From a virus (lineage: Duplodnaviria; Caudoviricetes), in the IMG/VR virus record IMGVR_UViG_3300014204_000153, positions 1-64,000 of that record: DNA of 64,000 nucleotides; one strand, given 5' to 3'. Position 1 is the stretch's first letter; each line of letters opens with the position of its first letter. Below, piece by piece: positions 20,033-27,531 of this stretch. Under the pieces are notes generated by a model that worked only from the letters and a program-made list of their open reading frames with translations, searched no databases and was not told the origin of the DNA. The translations under genes were made by a program, and so were the position numbers.

Positions 20033-20926
20033 ATGGGTTCCTATAGGTATGAAGTAAAGCGTGGTCTGAACCTAGTTGCTATCGATGAAGAAGCAGTAGA
20101 GGGTTCAATCGGCTCAGTTGTAAAGGCAATGGATTTTCAGAAGTTCGGTGGCGGCGCATTATTTGAGAATTGGTCTGGTTTACCTACTGCGACCAATCTT
20201 AATACTGGTACTACTGGCACTCAACCATGGAATGGTCAGAATACAAATTTATATCATCCGTTCGGTGCTTTCTGGCGTGGTGGAGTTCAGGGTGCTTCCG
20301 GTTCTGCTATGATTATCGGTGACATTGCTGTATTAACTGCTGGTACTGCTACTACCAATACAGTTTCTCTTGGAGCTTATAAACCATTTTATCTTAATCG
20401 GCATACTACGTGGAATGGTGCTCCGTCTGGTATCGTGTTTGAAGCTCTTGTTAACTTTACTGACACTAATGCTAGCGTCTTCAATGCATTCGTCGGTATG
20501 GCTAATATCGCTAATCCAGGTGTTCTAGCTGCGGCTTCACCGGCTTATACTGCTAAGACTACCAACATTAAGCGGTGGGGCTTCATGCATTATGGTACCA
20601 CTGCCGCGATCTTTACAAACTCAGCTCTCGGTTCAGGTTCCTATACGTACTTCGGTACCAGCACTGTCACTGACACGTCTGCTACTAAACACGTTAAAGC
20701 TGTTCTTACCATGAATCCGTGGGTTCAGAATGGTACCACTTTTAATAATAGTATTCTTTATTACATCAATGATACTCTTGTTGATGTAGTCGATGGTTCA
20801 GCTGCTTCGTTCCCAGCTAGTGGTGAAGTTCCTTACTACCCATACATTTATGTCGAAGCTCTCGGCGCTGTGGGTGTCGATGGTAGAGCACTTTCAGTTA
20901 AGGGTGCTAAAGTATATTACTTCTAA
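20033..20926 (+). CDS. abundant virion protein candidate (decoration/lectin-like beta-sandwich)
   Basis: AAGGAG RBS before ATG 20033; codon usage like the major capsid gene; own late promoter and terminator. Confidence 0.55.
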   Translation: MGSYRYEVKRGLNLVAIDEEAVEGSIGSVVKAMDFQKFGGGALFENWSGLPTATNLNTGTTGTQPWNGQNTNLYHPFGAFWRGGVQGASGSAMIIGDIAVLTAGTATTNTVSLGAYKPFYLNRHTTWNGAPSGIVFEALVNFTDTNASVFNAFVGMANIANPGVLAAASPAYTAKTTNIKRWGFMHYGTTAAIFTNSALGSGSYTYFGTSTVTDTSATKHVKAVLTMNPWVQNGTTFNNSILYYINDTLVDVVDGSAASFPASGEVPYYPYIYVEALGAVGVDGRALSVKGAKVYYF

Positions 20927-20954
20927 TCTGAAGCAGTATATTGAAAGTTTACCA

Positions 20955-20988
20955 AAGAGCAGAGATTTTTCTCTGCTCTTTTTATTTT
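20955..20988 (+). terminator. intrinsic terminator
   Basis: AAGAGCAGAGA-TTTT-TCTCTGCTCTT stem followed by T-tract. Confidence 0.85.
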
Positions 20989-20998
20989 TAAAAAGTAG

Positions 20999-21027
20999 TT
21001 GACATTTAACTGCTAATGATTTATATT
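20999..21027 (+). promoter_or_regulatory. early promoter cassette copy 2
   Basis: TTGACA-17-TATATT plus TTGAAATTCAAACAG leader. Confidence 0.85.
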
Positions 21028-21070
21028 ATACTTAATTGAAATTCAAACAGATAAACAGAGGAGATTGAGA

Positions 21071-21346
21071 ATGGAAATCAGAACTGAAATCATCGACGTT
21101 ACCCCCGGCATCGGTGACATCATCAAGGTTGATTGCAGAAAAACATCTGAAACTCTTGTCAACTCTGACTGGGATAAAGCTCAGTTCCGCCTTACTGGAC
21201 AAATTGCAGATGTTGCTGTAAATGTTGTTGTTACTGGAAGAACCATGAGGAGAGGTGCTGGTGGTATTGACTGGGTGAGAGTAAGGGTAGAATTTGTTGG
21301 TGATGGTGAACCTTCTGATTTCTCTGGTGGATGGATGAAAATTTGA
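21071..21346 (+). CDS. hypothetical early protein
   Basis: GAGGAG RBS after cassette. Confidence 0.7.
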   Translation: MEIRTEIIDVTPGIGDIIKVDCRKTSETLVNSDWDKAQFRLTGQIADVAVNVVVTGRTMRRGAGGIDWVRVRVEFVGDGEPSDFSGGWMKI

Positions 21347-21353
21347 AAAGTAG

Positions 21354-21382
21354 TTGACATTGGGAATTCCATTGTTTATATT
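21354..21382 (+). promoter_or_regulatory. early promoter cassette copy 3
   Basis: TTGACA-17-TATATT plus TTACTATTGAAATTGAAAC. Confidence 0.85.
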
Positions 21383-21458
21383 ATTACTATTGAAATTGAA
21401 ACAAAATGACTTGCATATTATAAAAAATAAACTGAGTAAATTCACCGAAAGGAACTAA

Positions 21459-21671
21459 ATGAAACAGATTCCTGCCGTAGATGTACAGGAAGGTGATGCA
21501 CTTGAATTTACTCATCCTTTATTTGGAGAAATGACAACTGGAGTTGTCATTGAAATTGAAAAGATAACAAATGGTTCTTCGATAATATCCAAGTTTGCAG
21601 TAAAACTTTCGAACAATACCATTCAACATATACAATACCGTGCAAATGGAACCGTTTGGAAAGTTGAATAA
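21459..21671 (+). CDS. small SH3-like hypothetical protein
   Basis: AAGGA RBS; V..GD.L.F......GVVIEIEK pattern. Confidence 0.6.
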   Translation: MKQIPAVDVQEGDALEFTHPLFGEMTTGVVIEIEKITNGSSIISKFAVKLSNNTIQHIQYRANGTVWKVE

Positions 21672-21688
21672 AAACAAAGGAGATAATA

Positions 21689-22081
21689 ATGAAAAAGAAT
21701 GAAGCTAAAGAAATTCGCACTCTCTTGTATCTTGATGATATCAGAGAACCTGGAATGATGACTTCTCCTGTTTTTATGGGCCAAAAGGAGATGTATGAAG
21801 ATCTTGGTTTTGAAGTTAAAGTTGTAGTATGTAAAAATGTTACTGATGCTGCTACTGCTGTAATGAATGCATCTGGAACTTTGGCTTTAGCAAGTTTGGA
21901 CCACGATCTCGGTACAAAAGCAGATGGAATGGACTTTCTTAAATGGCTGCTTCAGGCCATCGATGATAAGAAAGTTAAAGTTACTTCAGCTTTCTGGATT
22001 TACTTTCATACTGGTAATGCTCCAGCAAAAATGCAAATGGATTCATATTATAAATCCTGGATGAAAGCAAAAGAACTATGA
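21689..22081 (+). CDS. cyclic-phosphate-processing receiver domain protein
   Basis: LYLDDIR..P, SLDHDLG...GMDFLKWL, FHTGN motifs; lies two genes upstream of RtcB. Confidence 0.7.
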   Translation: MKKNEAKEIRTLLYLDDIREPGMMTSPVFMGQKEMYEDLGFEVKVVVCKNVTDAATAVMNASGTLALASLDHDLGTKADGMDFLKWLLQAIDDKKVKVTSAFWIYFHTGNAPAKMQMDSYYKSWMKAKEL

Positions 22082-22281
22082 AAATTGATATGAAGTTTTT
22101 ATGTGGAGCTATTATAGCATCTATGTCTATTACATTTTTAATTGTGATGTCTCTTTTAATCATGGCTCCGGATAATATCAATAACTATTCTTTTCTTTGT
22201 TCATTGAAATATGGACTTCCTATTTCTACAGCTGGACTTTTAGCTGGACTTTTAATGATGACAAATAAAACAGGAGAATGA
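22078..22281 (+). CDS. small two-helix membrane protein
   Basis: Two hydrophobic segments; ATGA coupling both sides. Confidence 0.6.
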   Translation: MKIDMKFLCGAIIASMSITFLIVMSLLIMAPDNINNYSFLCSLKYGLPISTAGLLAGLLMMTNKTGE

Positions 22282-23411
22282 AAATGATAGAGATAAAGGG
22301 CAGTCAATGTAATCCAGTAATTTATGCAGATGGTATGGACTCTGAATCATGGAAACAAGTTATAAACATTTCTAACACTTCAAAATTCTCTCGTGAAAGA
22401 GTCAGAATTATGCCAGATGTTCATGCTGGCAAGGGATGTGTAATAGGTTTTACATCTACAATAAATGACATCACAAGTGTATCTCCAGATCTTGTTGGAG
22501 TTGACATTGGTTGTGGAGTGTATGGAATTAATTTCAGATGCTCAGATTTAAAGAGCAGATTTCCTGAATTTGATGCAAGAGTTCGAAATGAAATAAAGCA
22601 TGGAAACTCAGTAAATGATTCTATTGATAGTATTTTTGCTCAGTCTAAATTGGCTAAAAGAATGAAAGAAGCATGTGAATGGAGCGGAAGTTTGGATAAG
22701 TATGAAAGGGACCTTGCTAGTTTTGGAACTCTTGGTGGCGGTAATCATTTTATTGAAATAGATGAATGTAAAGATGGAAGTTATGTTCTTCTTGTTCATA
22801 GTGGAAGTAGAAATTTTGGTCACAGAGTTGCTACATTCTGGAGTAAAATATGTTCTTATCAAGAAAATGGAATAAAATTTCTTAGTACATGGGAGGCTAT
22901 GAGTTACATTAATCATCAGAAAATCGCAGTTGAGTTTGCTGCTGTAAACAGAATAAACATAACCATGAGACTTCTTAGTATGCTTAAAATTAATTCAAAT
23001 GAACGAATGTGGAGAGTAGATTCTGTTCATAATTTTTTCGATGATTATTATCGTATTGTAAGAAAAGGAGCCACTTCAGCTAACAAAGATGAAGAATTGT
23101 TCATTCCTCTTAACATGGGCAGAGGTACTATTTTAGCTGTTGGAAAAGGAAATATTGAATGGAATAGATCTGCACCTCATGGAGCTGGAAGAACAATGAG
23201 CAGAAGTCAAGCTAAAGTTTCTATTTCTATTGATAAATTCTCAGAATCGATGAAAAATGTATATACATCATGTATAAGTGATAAAACTTTGGATGAAAGT
23301 CCTCAAGCATATAAAGATTTTGGTACAGATAAAGAGATAACCGAGATGTTAGAACCTACAGCTGAAGTTGTAGAGATCATGAAACCAGTCTACAATTTTA
23401 AATCTTTTTAA
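22278..23411 (+). CDS. rtcB: RNA ligase RtcB
   Basis: MPDVHAGKGCVIG, VGVDIGCG, GTLGGGNHFIE, VHSGSRNFG, HN, RKGAT, SAPHGAGR, DESP.AYK. Confidence 0.95.
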   Translation: MKMIEIKGSQCNPVIYADGMDSESWKQVINISNTSKFSRERVRIMPDVHAGKGCVIGFTSTINDITSVSPDLVGVDIGCGVYGINFRCSDLKSRFPEFDARVRNEIKHGNSVNDSIDSIFAQSKLAKRMKEACEWSGSLDKYERDLASFGTLGGGNHFIEIDECKDGSYVLLVHSGSRNFGHRVATFWSKICSYQENGIKFLSTWEAMSYINHQKIAVEFAAVNRINITMRLLSMLKINSNERMWRVDSVHNFFDDYYRIVRKGATSANKDEELFIPLNMGRGTILAVGKGNIEWNRSAPHGAGRTMSRSQAKVSISIDKFSESMKNVYTSCISDKTLDESPQAYKDFGTDKEITEMLEPTAEVVEIMKPVYNFKSF

Positions 23412-23418
23412 AAAGTAG

Positions 23419-23447
23419 TTGACATTTAACTACAAATGATTTATATT
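23419..23447 (+). promoter_or_regulatory. early promoter cassette copy 4
   Basis: TTGACA-17-TATATT plus conserved leader. Confidence 0.85.
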
Positions 23448-23487
23448 ATTACTATTGAAATTGAAACAACAAACAAAGGAGAAGGAA

Positions 23488-23658
23488 ATGAAACTTATAA
23501 TTAATGGATATGGTAAAAAATGGAGTATTATTGATATTGAATCTGGTATGAGATATGATGGAAAAGAATGGACAGGTGATAAACATAAAGCAAAAATTTA
23601 TACAAAAGCAAGTGAAGCGGCAGCAGTTGCTGATAATCTTGATTCTTTAAAAAAGTAG
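23488..23658 (+). CDS. 56-aa hypothetical early protein
   Basis: AAGGAG RBS; stop codon TAG supplied by the next promoter cassette. Confidence 0.6.
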   Translation: MKLIINGYGKKWSIIDIESGMRYDGKEWTGDKHKAKIYTKASEAAAVADNLDSLKK

Positions 23659-23687
23659 TTGACATTTAACAACCAATGATTTATATT
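23659..23687 (+). promoter_or_regulatory. early promoter cassette copy 5
   Basis: Near-identical over about 90 bp to copy 1, including RBS and ATGGAA start. Confidence 0.9.
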
Positions 23688-23736
23688 ATTACTATTGAAA
23701 TTGAAACAGAGGTAAAACTTAAACGAGGAGAATGCA

Positions 23737-24045
23737 ATGGAAAAGAACTTTGATTTCTACGTGCTAGTCGGAACAGACAAAGAAGGTGTGAAGCATCTTA
23801 TGAAAGTGGCAAAAGTTGCTGTTTATCACAAGAATACTGGCAAGAACATATATGTTTATTCTATCATTGATTGGAACAATGCAGAAGTTTACACAGCGAA
23901 AAGTTTTCAGGATGTTAAAGATACTCTCGATCGTAACATATCTTTCGCTCAGGAAGTTACAGAGAACACTGCTGCTACTCCGTTTATGCCGAATAATTTT
24001 CTTACATGGATGTTCGAAATTGTTGGAATCAACGTACCTATGTAA
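23737..24045 (+). CDS. hypothetical early protein
   Basis: GAGGAG RBS. Confidence 0.7.
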   Translation: MEKNFDFYVLVGTDKEGVKHLMKVAKVAVYHKNTGKNIYVYSIIDWNNAEVYTAKSFQDVKDTLDRNISFAQEVTENTAATPFMPNNFLTWMFEIVGINVPM

Positions 24046-24053
24046 AATCAGTC

Positions 24054-24141
24054 GGAGAGTTGGCCGAGTTGGTCTATGGCGGCGGTCTTGAAAACCGCTG
24101 AAGCAAGTCTTCCGTAGGTTCGAATCCTACACTCTCCGCCA
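24054..24141 (+). tRNA. tRNA-Ser(UGA)
   Basis: GGAGAGT/ACTCTCC acceptor stem, GCGGT-CT-TGA-AA-ACCGC anticodon arm, long variable arm, GGTTCGAATCC T-loop, encoded CCA. Confidence 0.95.
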
Positions 24142-24154
24142 AAAAGGAATTAAC

Positions 24155-24322
24155 ATGAAAGATCAAATAAGCAGAAATAAAGTTTTACTTAAACTTACTA
24201 CAATGATTGAAACTGAAAGAAATATGGCTTATGCATTTTCAAACCATTCTAATGATATGCATAAATTTAGAATGGAAACTATTGAAGATATCAAAAATAT
24301 GATAAAATATGAAGAATTTTAA
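24155..24322 (+). CDS. 55-aa hypothetical, tandem paralog 1
   Basis: AAGGA RBS; ISRNKVLLKLTTMIETE resembles the next ORF. Confidence 0.55.
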   Translation: MKDQISRNKVLLKLTTMIETERNMAYAFSNHSNDMHKFRMETIEDIKNMIKYEEF

Positions 24323-24334
24323 AAGGAGAATGAA

Positions 24335-24511
24335 TTGAAAACTAAAAAGACAGTTGACAGAGAGAAGTTGATTATGAAGCTTAATGAATTTATTTCAATT
24401 GAACAAGATCGCATTAATGCTGCTTTTTCTGATTTGTTCAAGACTATGTACATGGGTAGAAAAGATGCTTTCGAGGAAATTTGTGATATACTTCAGTCTG
24501 GAGAAATATAA
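24335..24511 (+). CDS. 58-aa hypothetical, tandem paralog 2
   Basis: AGGAG RBS, TTG start; VDREKLIMKLNEFISIE. Confidence 0.5.
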   Translation: MKTKKTVDREKLIMKLNEFISIEQDRINAAFSDLFKTMYMGRKDAFEEICDILQSGEI

Positions 24512-24512
24512 A

Positions 24513-24740
24513 ATGATTAAAAAGACATCAGATTTAATGTTAAGGATGAGTGAGATACAAATTGGGTTTGCATTTGTCATATTACAGTTTATTTCTGTTG
24601 GACTGTTAGTACAGCTGTGGTTTTTCGTAACAATGTATTTTTCTGTTTCAATGCTTTTATGCGCAGTCATATTTGGAATTATTGAATATTTTGAGAAAGA
24701 ATCAGAGGAAGATAAAAATAAACGAGTTCCCGGTGATTAA
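24513..24740 (+). CDS. small membrane protein
   Basis: GGAG RBS; two hydrophobic helices and charged tail. Confidence 0.55.
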   Translation: MIKKTSDLMLRMSEIQIGFAFVILQFISVGLLVQLWFFVTMYFSVSMLLCAVIFGIIEYFEKESEEDKNKRVPGD

Positions 24741-24830
24741 AAATTTTGGAGGATTTGTCTATGAAGTGAATGTTTTAAAAATTGAAGTCTCATAATTATA
24801 ATGTTTTAAAACCTAAAATGGAGGAAACAA

Positions 24831-25649
24831 ATGAAGAATGTTCATCTTCTTGTAATCGACCCACAGCTTGACTTTTGTGACCCTGCTGGAAATCTGTTCG
24901 TTCAGGGAGCTGTTGAAGATATGCAGCGTCTTTCGAAATTTGTCAGGGACAATGGAAGTAAGATCGGTCAAATTCACTGTACACTCGACAGTCATCATCT
25001 TATTCATATCGCTCATCCGGTTTTCTGGCTGGATAGTAATAGTAATAATCCTGGTCCGTTTACTATTATCACAGCCGAAGATGTTCGACAGGGTAAGTGG
25101 ATTCCTGCGAAGTTCTATCTTCGAAATGAAGCTACAAAATATGTTGAAACTCTTGAACGTGGCGGACGATATCCACTGTGTATTTGGCCGCCTCATTGCC
25201 TCATTGGAACACCCGGTGCTGCTATCGTTAAAGAAGTAATGGAATCCTTTAATGATTGGAGCAAGCGTTCGTTCTCTGTCATCGACTTTGTTGCCAAAGG
25301 TTCGAATCCTCTTCGTGAACATTATTCCGCTGTTAAAGCCGAAGTGTTCGATACATCAGATCCCAGCACCGGTCTTAACACTGACCTGGTGAGCACTCTC
25401 GAGAACGCTGACGAGATTCTTATCGCAGGTGAAGCTCTTTCTCACTGTGTGGCGAATACTCTTCGAGATATTGCTGATGCATTCAGTGATAATAATTATG
25501 TTTCCAAGATGACTCTTCTTCGTGACTGCACATCGCCCGTTGGAGATCCTCCTGGAGCCACACTGTTCACAGACATGGCTGAACAGTTCATTACTGAGAT
25601 GACAAAGAGGGGAATGAAGGTTACAACCTCTGATGCATGGGGAATCTAA
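24831..25649 (+). CDS. pncA: nicotinamidase / isochorismatase-family cysteine hydrolase
   Basis: LLVIDPQLDFC (catalytic D), LDSH and WPPHC metal ligands, AKG lysine, AGEALSHCV nucleophile. Confidence 0.85.
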   Translation: MKNVHLLVIDPQLDFCDPAGNLFVQGAVEDMQRLSKFVRDNGSKIGQIHCTLDSHHLIHIAHPVFWLDSNSNNPGPFTIITAEDVRQGKWIPAKFYLRNEATKYVETLERGGRYPLCIWPPHCLIGTPGAAIVKEVMESFNDWSKRSFSVIDFVAKGSNPLREHYSAVKAEVFDTSDPSTGLNTDLVSTLENADEILIAGEALSHCVANTLRDIADAFSDNNYVSKMTLLRDCTSPVGDPPGATLFTDMAEQFITEMTKRGMKVTTSDAWGI

Positions 25650-25657
25650 ATAATCCG

Positions 25658-25695
25658 GAATGGAGAGAAATCTTTTAATTAGATTCTCTCCATTC
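25658..25695 (+). other. intergenic hairpin without U-tract (processing/stabiliser site?)
   Basis: GAATGGAGAGAAATCT / AGATTCTCTCCATTC stem. Confidence 0.5.
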
Positions 25696-25721
25696 AAAAA
25701 TGAAAATAATAGGAGAAGAAA

Positions 25722-26456
25722 ATGAAAGATGATATGGAAACAATGAACATCGGAAAGTCTCATTATGGCTTTTCTGCTACAAAGCTTTCCAATCTCGGAG
25801 CTTCTGAGTATACACTTGCTGTGATTGCTGTAGATGTTTCCGGTTCTGTTTCGTATTTTAAAGACGAAATTGAGAAATGTCTAAGGGAGATTATCATTGC
25901 ATGCCAGAAATCTCCGCGAGCAGACAATCTTCTCGTTCGAATCATCAAGTTCGGTGGTTATGGAGTAGATGAGATTCATGGGTTCAAGCTTCTTTCGGAG
26001 TGCGGTCCTGATTCTTACATTGGTACTCTCAATTGTAATGGTTCTACTCCACTGTTCGATGCATGTATCTCCGGTCTCGGTTCTATCGAAACATACGGAA
26101 ATACTCTGTTCTCCAATGATTTTGATGTGAACGCGATCTTTATTGCTATCACTGATGGAGAGGACAATAATAGTACAAGCGGAATGTCCGCTGTTCGTAA
26201 TGCTATCGATGGAATGGCAAAACGAGAGGATATTGAATCTCTTGTGAGTATTCTCGTCGGAGTTAACATCACAGACACCACTGCAGCAAAAGCTCTGAAG
26301 GATTTTTCTACAACATCGAATTTTACTCAGTATGTTGAGATCGACAATGCGAAGTCCAGTACAATCGCGAAGTTGGCTCAGTTTGTTTCGAAGAGTATCT
26401 CGAGTCAGAGTCAGTCACTCGGAAAGGGAGCTGCAAGCCAACCTCTTAGTTTCTAA
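25722..26456 (+). CDS. von Willebrand factor A domain protein, TerY-like
   Basis: MIDAS motif DVSGSV, GSTPLFDA, IAITDGEDN. Confidence 0.85.
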   Translation: MKDDMETMNIGKSHYGFSATKLSNLGASEYTLAVIAVDVSGSVSYFKDEIEKCLREIIIACQKSPRADNLLVRIIKFGGYGVDEIHGFKLLSECGPDSYIGTLNCNGSTPLFDACISGLGSIETYGNTLFSNDFDVNAIFIAITDGEDNNSTSGMSAVRNAIDGMAKREDIESLVSILVGVNITDTTAAKALKDFSTTSNFTQYVEIDNAKSSTIAKLAQFVSKSISSQSQSLGKGAASQPLSF

Positions 26457-26465
26457 AATAATTTT

Positions 26466-26495
26466 GAAAGGGAGGGGTTTTAAACCCCTCTTTTT
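26466..26495 (+). terminator. intrinsic terminator
   Basis: GAGGGGTTT-T-AAACCCCTC followed by TTTTT. Confidence 0.8.
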
Positions 26496-26519
26496 CATTA
26501 TTTTTATTATTAGTTTTAA

Positions 26520-26656
26520 ACACTTTCAATATTCAACCAAAACTGCCTCTAGGGTTCATAGAATGATCTTAGATACACTTTATTTTTTTAAATATAGGAT
26601 TTTGTATTAAAGCCAGATAAGTTGACTAGATGGTATCTAAACTGAATCGTAGATTA
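26520..26656 (+). repeat. 137-bp non-coding element, copy A
   Basis: 117/137 ungapped identity by hand alignment to the reverse complement of 60776-60912. Confidence 0.9.
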
Positions 26657-26669
26657 CATAAAATAACCA

Positions 26670-26698
26670 TTGACATTTTGCTTTCTAGATGTTATATT
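26670..26698 (+). promoter_or_regulatory. early promoter cassette copy 6
   Basis: TTGACA-17-TATATT. Confidence 0.8.
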
Positions 26699-26730
26699 AA
26701 TTATTGAAAAATTTTAAAATGGAAAAAACA

Positions 26731-27531
26731 ATGGCTAATGCAGATTCTTTTTATACAATTGGACATGGACATAAAGTATGTCAGGATTATGCTTTATCAT
26801 TTAATACATATGAAAATAATCCAGCTATAGTTGTATGTGATGGCTGTTCTTCTGCCAAGAACTCTGAAGTAGGAGCAGCTATTTTAGCTCATACTATGAA
26901 AAAGTGGTCAAGAACTACATCTGCTGATAATAGAAGTAGTGCAATGATGTATTGTAGAGATGTAGTAAAAAATATCTCAGCTGAATTAGAACTTCCATCT
27001 GAATCCTTCTTTTCAACTGTAATGTATGCTGAATATGAAAAGGGAGATGGATTTTATGTTGATTCTTTCGGTGATGGAGTAATTATTGGAATTAGAAAAG
27101 ATGGAGGAATAACATATACGACAAGAGAATTTAAAAGTGGTGCTCCATTTTATATGGCTTATTTGTTCGATAAAGAAACAGAAAAATCATATTCTCAAAC
27201 ATTTGGAACTGAATCAATTATAACTACTCATACCATTACAGAAAAAGGTGAAGATTTTAACCCGTTTATTTCAAATCAGTTTAGTATATTTAGATCTTGG
27301 TTTTCAACTTTGTTTAGCGAATCTGATTATGATGCAGTAATACTTTGTACCGATGGAATTTTATCATTTCAACCTGAATTATCAACTGCATCTATAGCGA
27401 GGAATCTTACTGAATTTAAGAATAAAAATGGTCAGTTCATTGAAAGAAGACTTAAAAGATTTTTATCTACTATGAATGAAACTGGTTTCAAACATTTTGA
27501 TGATATTGGAGTTGGAGGGATAACGTTGTGA
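26731..27531 (+). CDS. PP2C-like protein phosphatase (TerY-P type)
   Basis: HKVCQDYA, IVVCDGCSSA..SEVGA, FGDG, LCTDGI, FDDIG motifs. Confidence 0.85.
   Translation: MANADSFYTIGHGHKVCQDYALSFNTYENNPAIVVCDGCSSAKNSEVGAAILAHTMKKWSRTTSADNRSSAMMYCRDVVKNISAELELPSESFFSTVMYAEYEKGDGFYVDSFGDGVIIGIRKDGGITYTTREFKSGAPFYMAYLFDKETEKSYSQTFGTESIITTHTITEKGEDFNPFISNQFSIFRSWFSTLFSESDYDAVILCTDGILSFQPELSTASIARNLTEFKNKNGQFIERRLKRFLSTMNETGFKHFDDIGVGGITL

Noticed and set aside
24354-24359. TTGACA as a thirteenth promoter
   Set aside because: No -10 box at 16-18 bp; lies inside a small CDS
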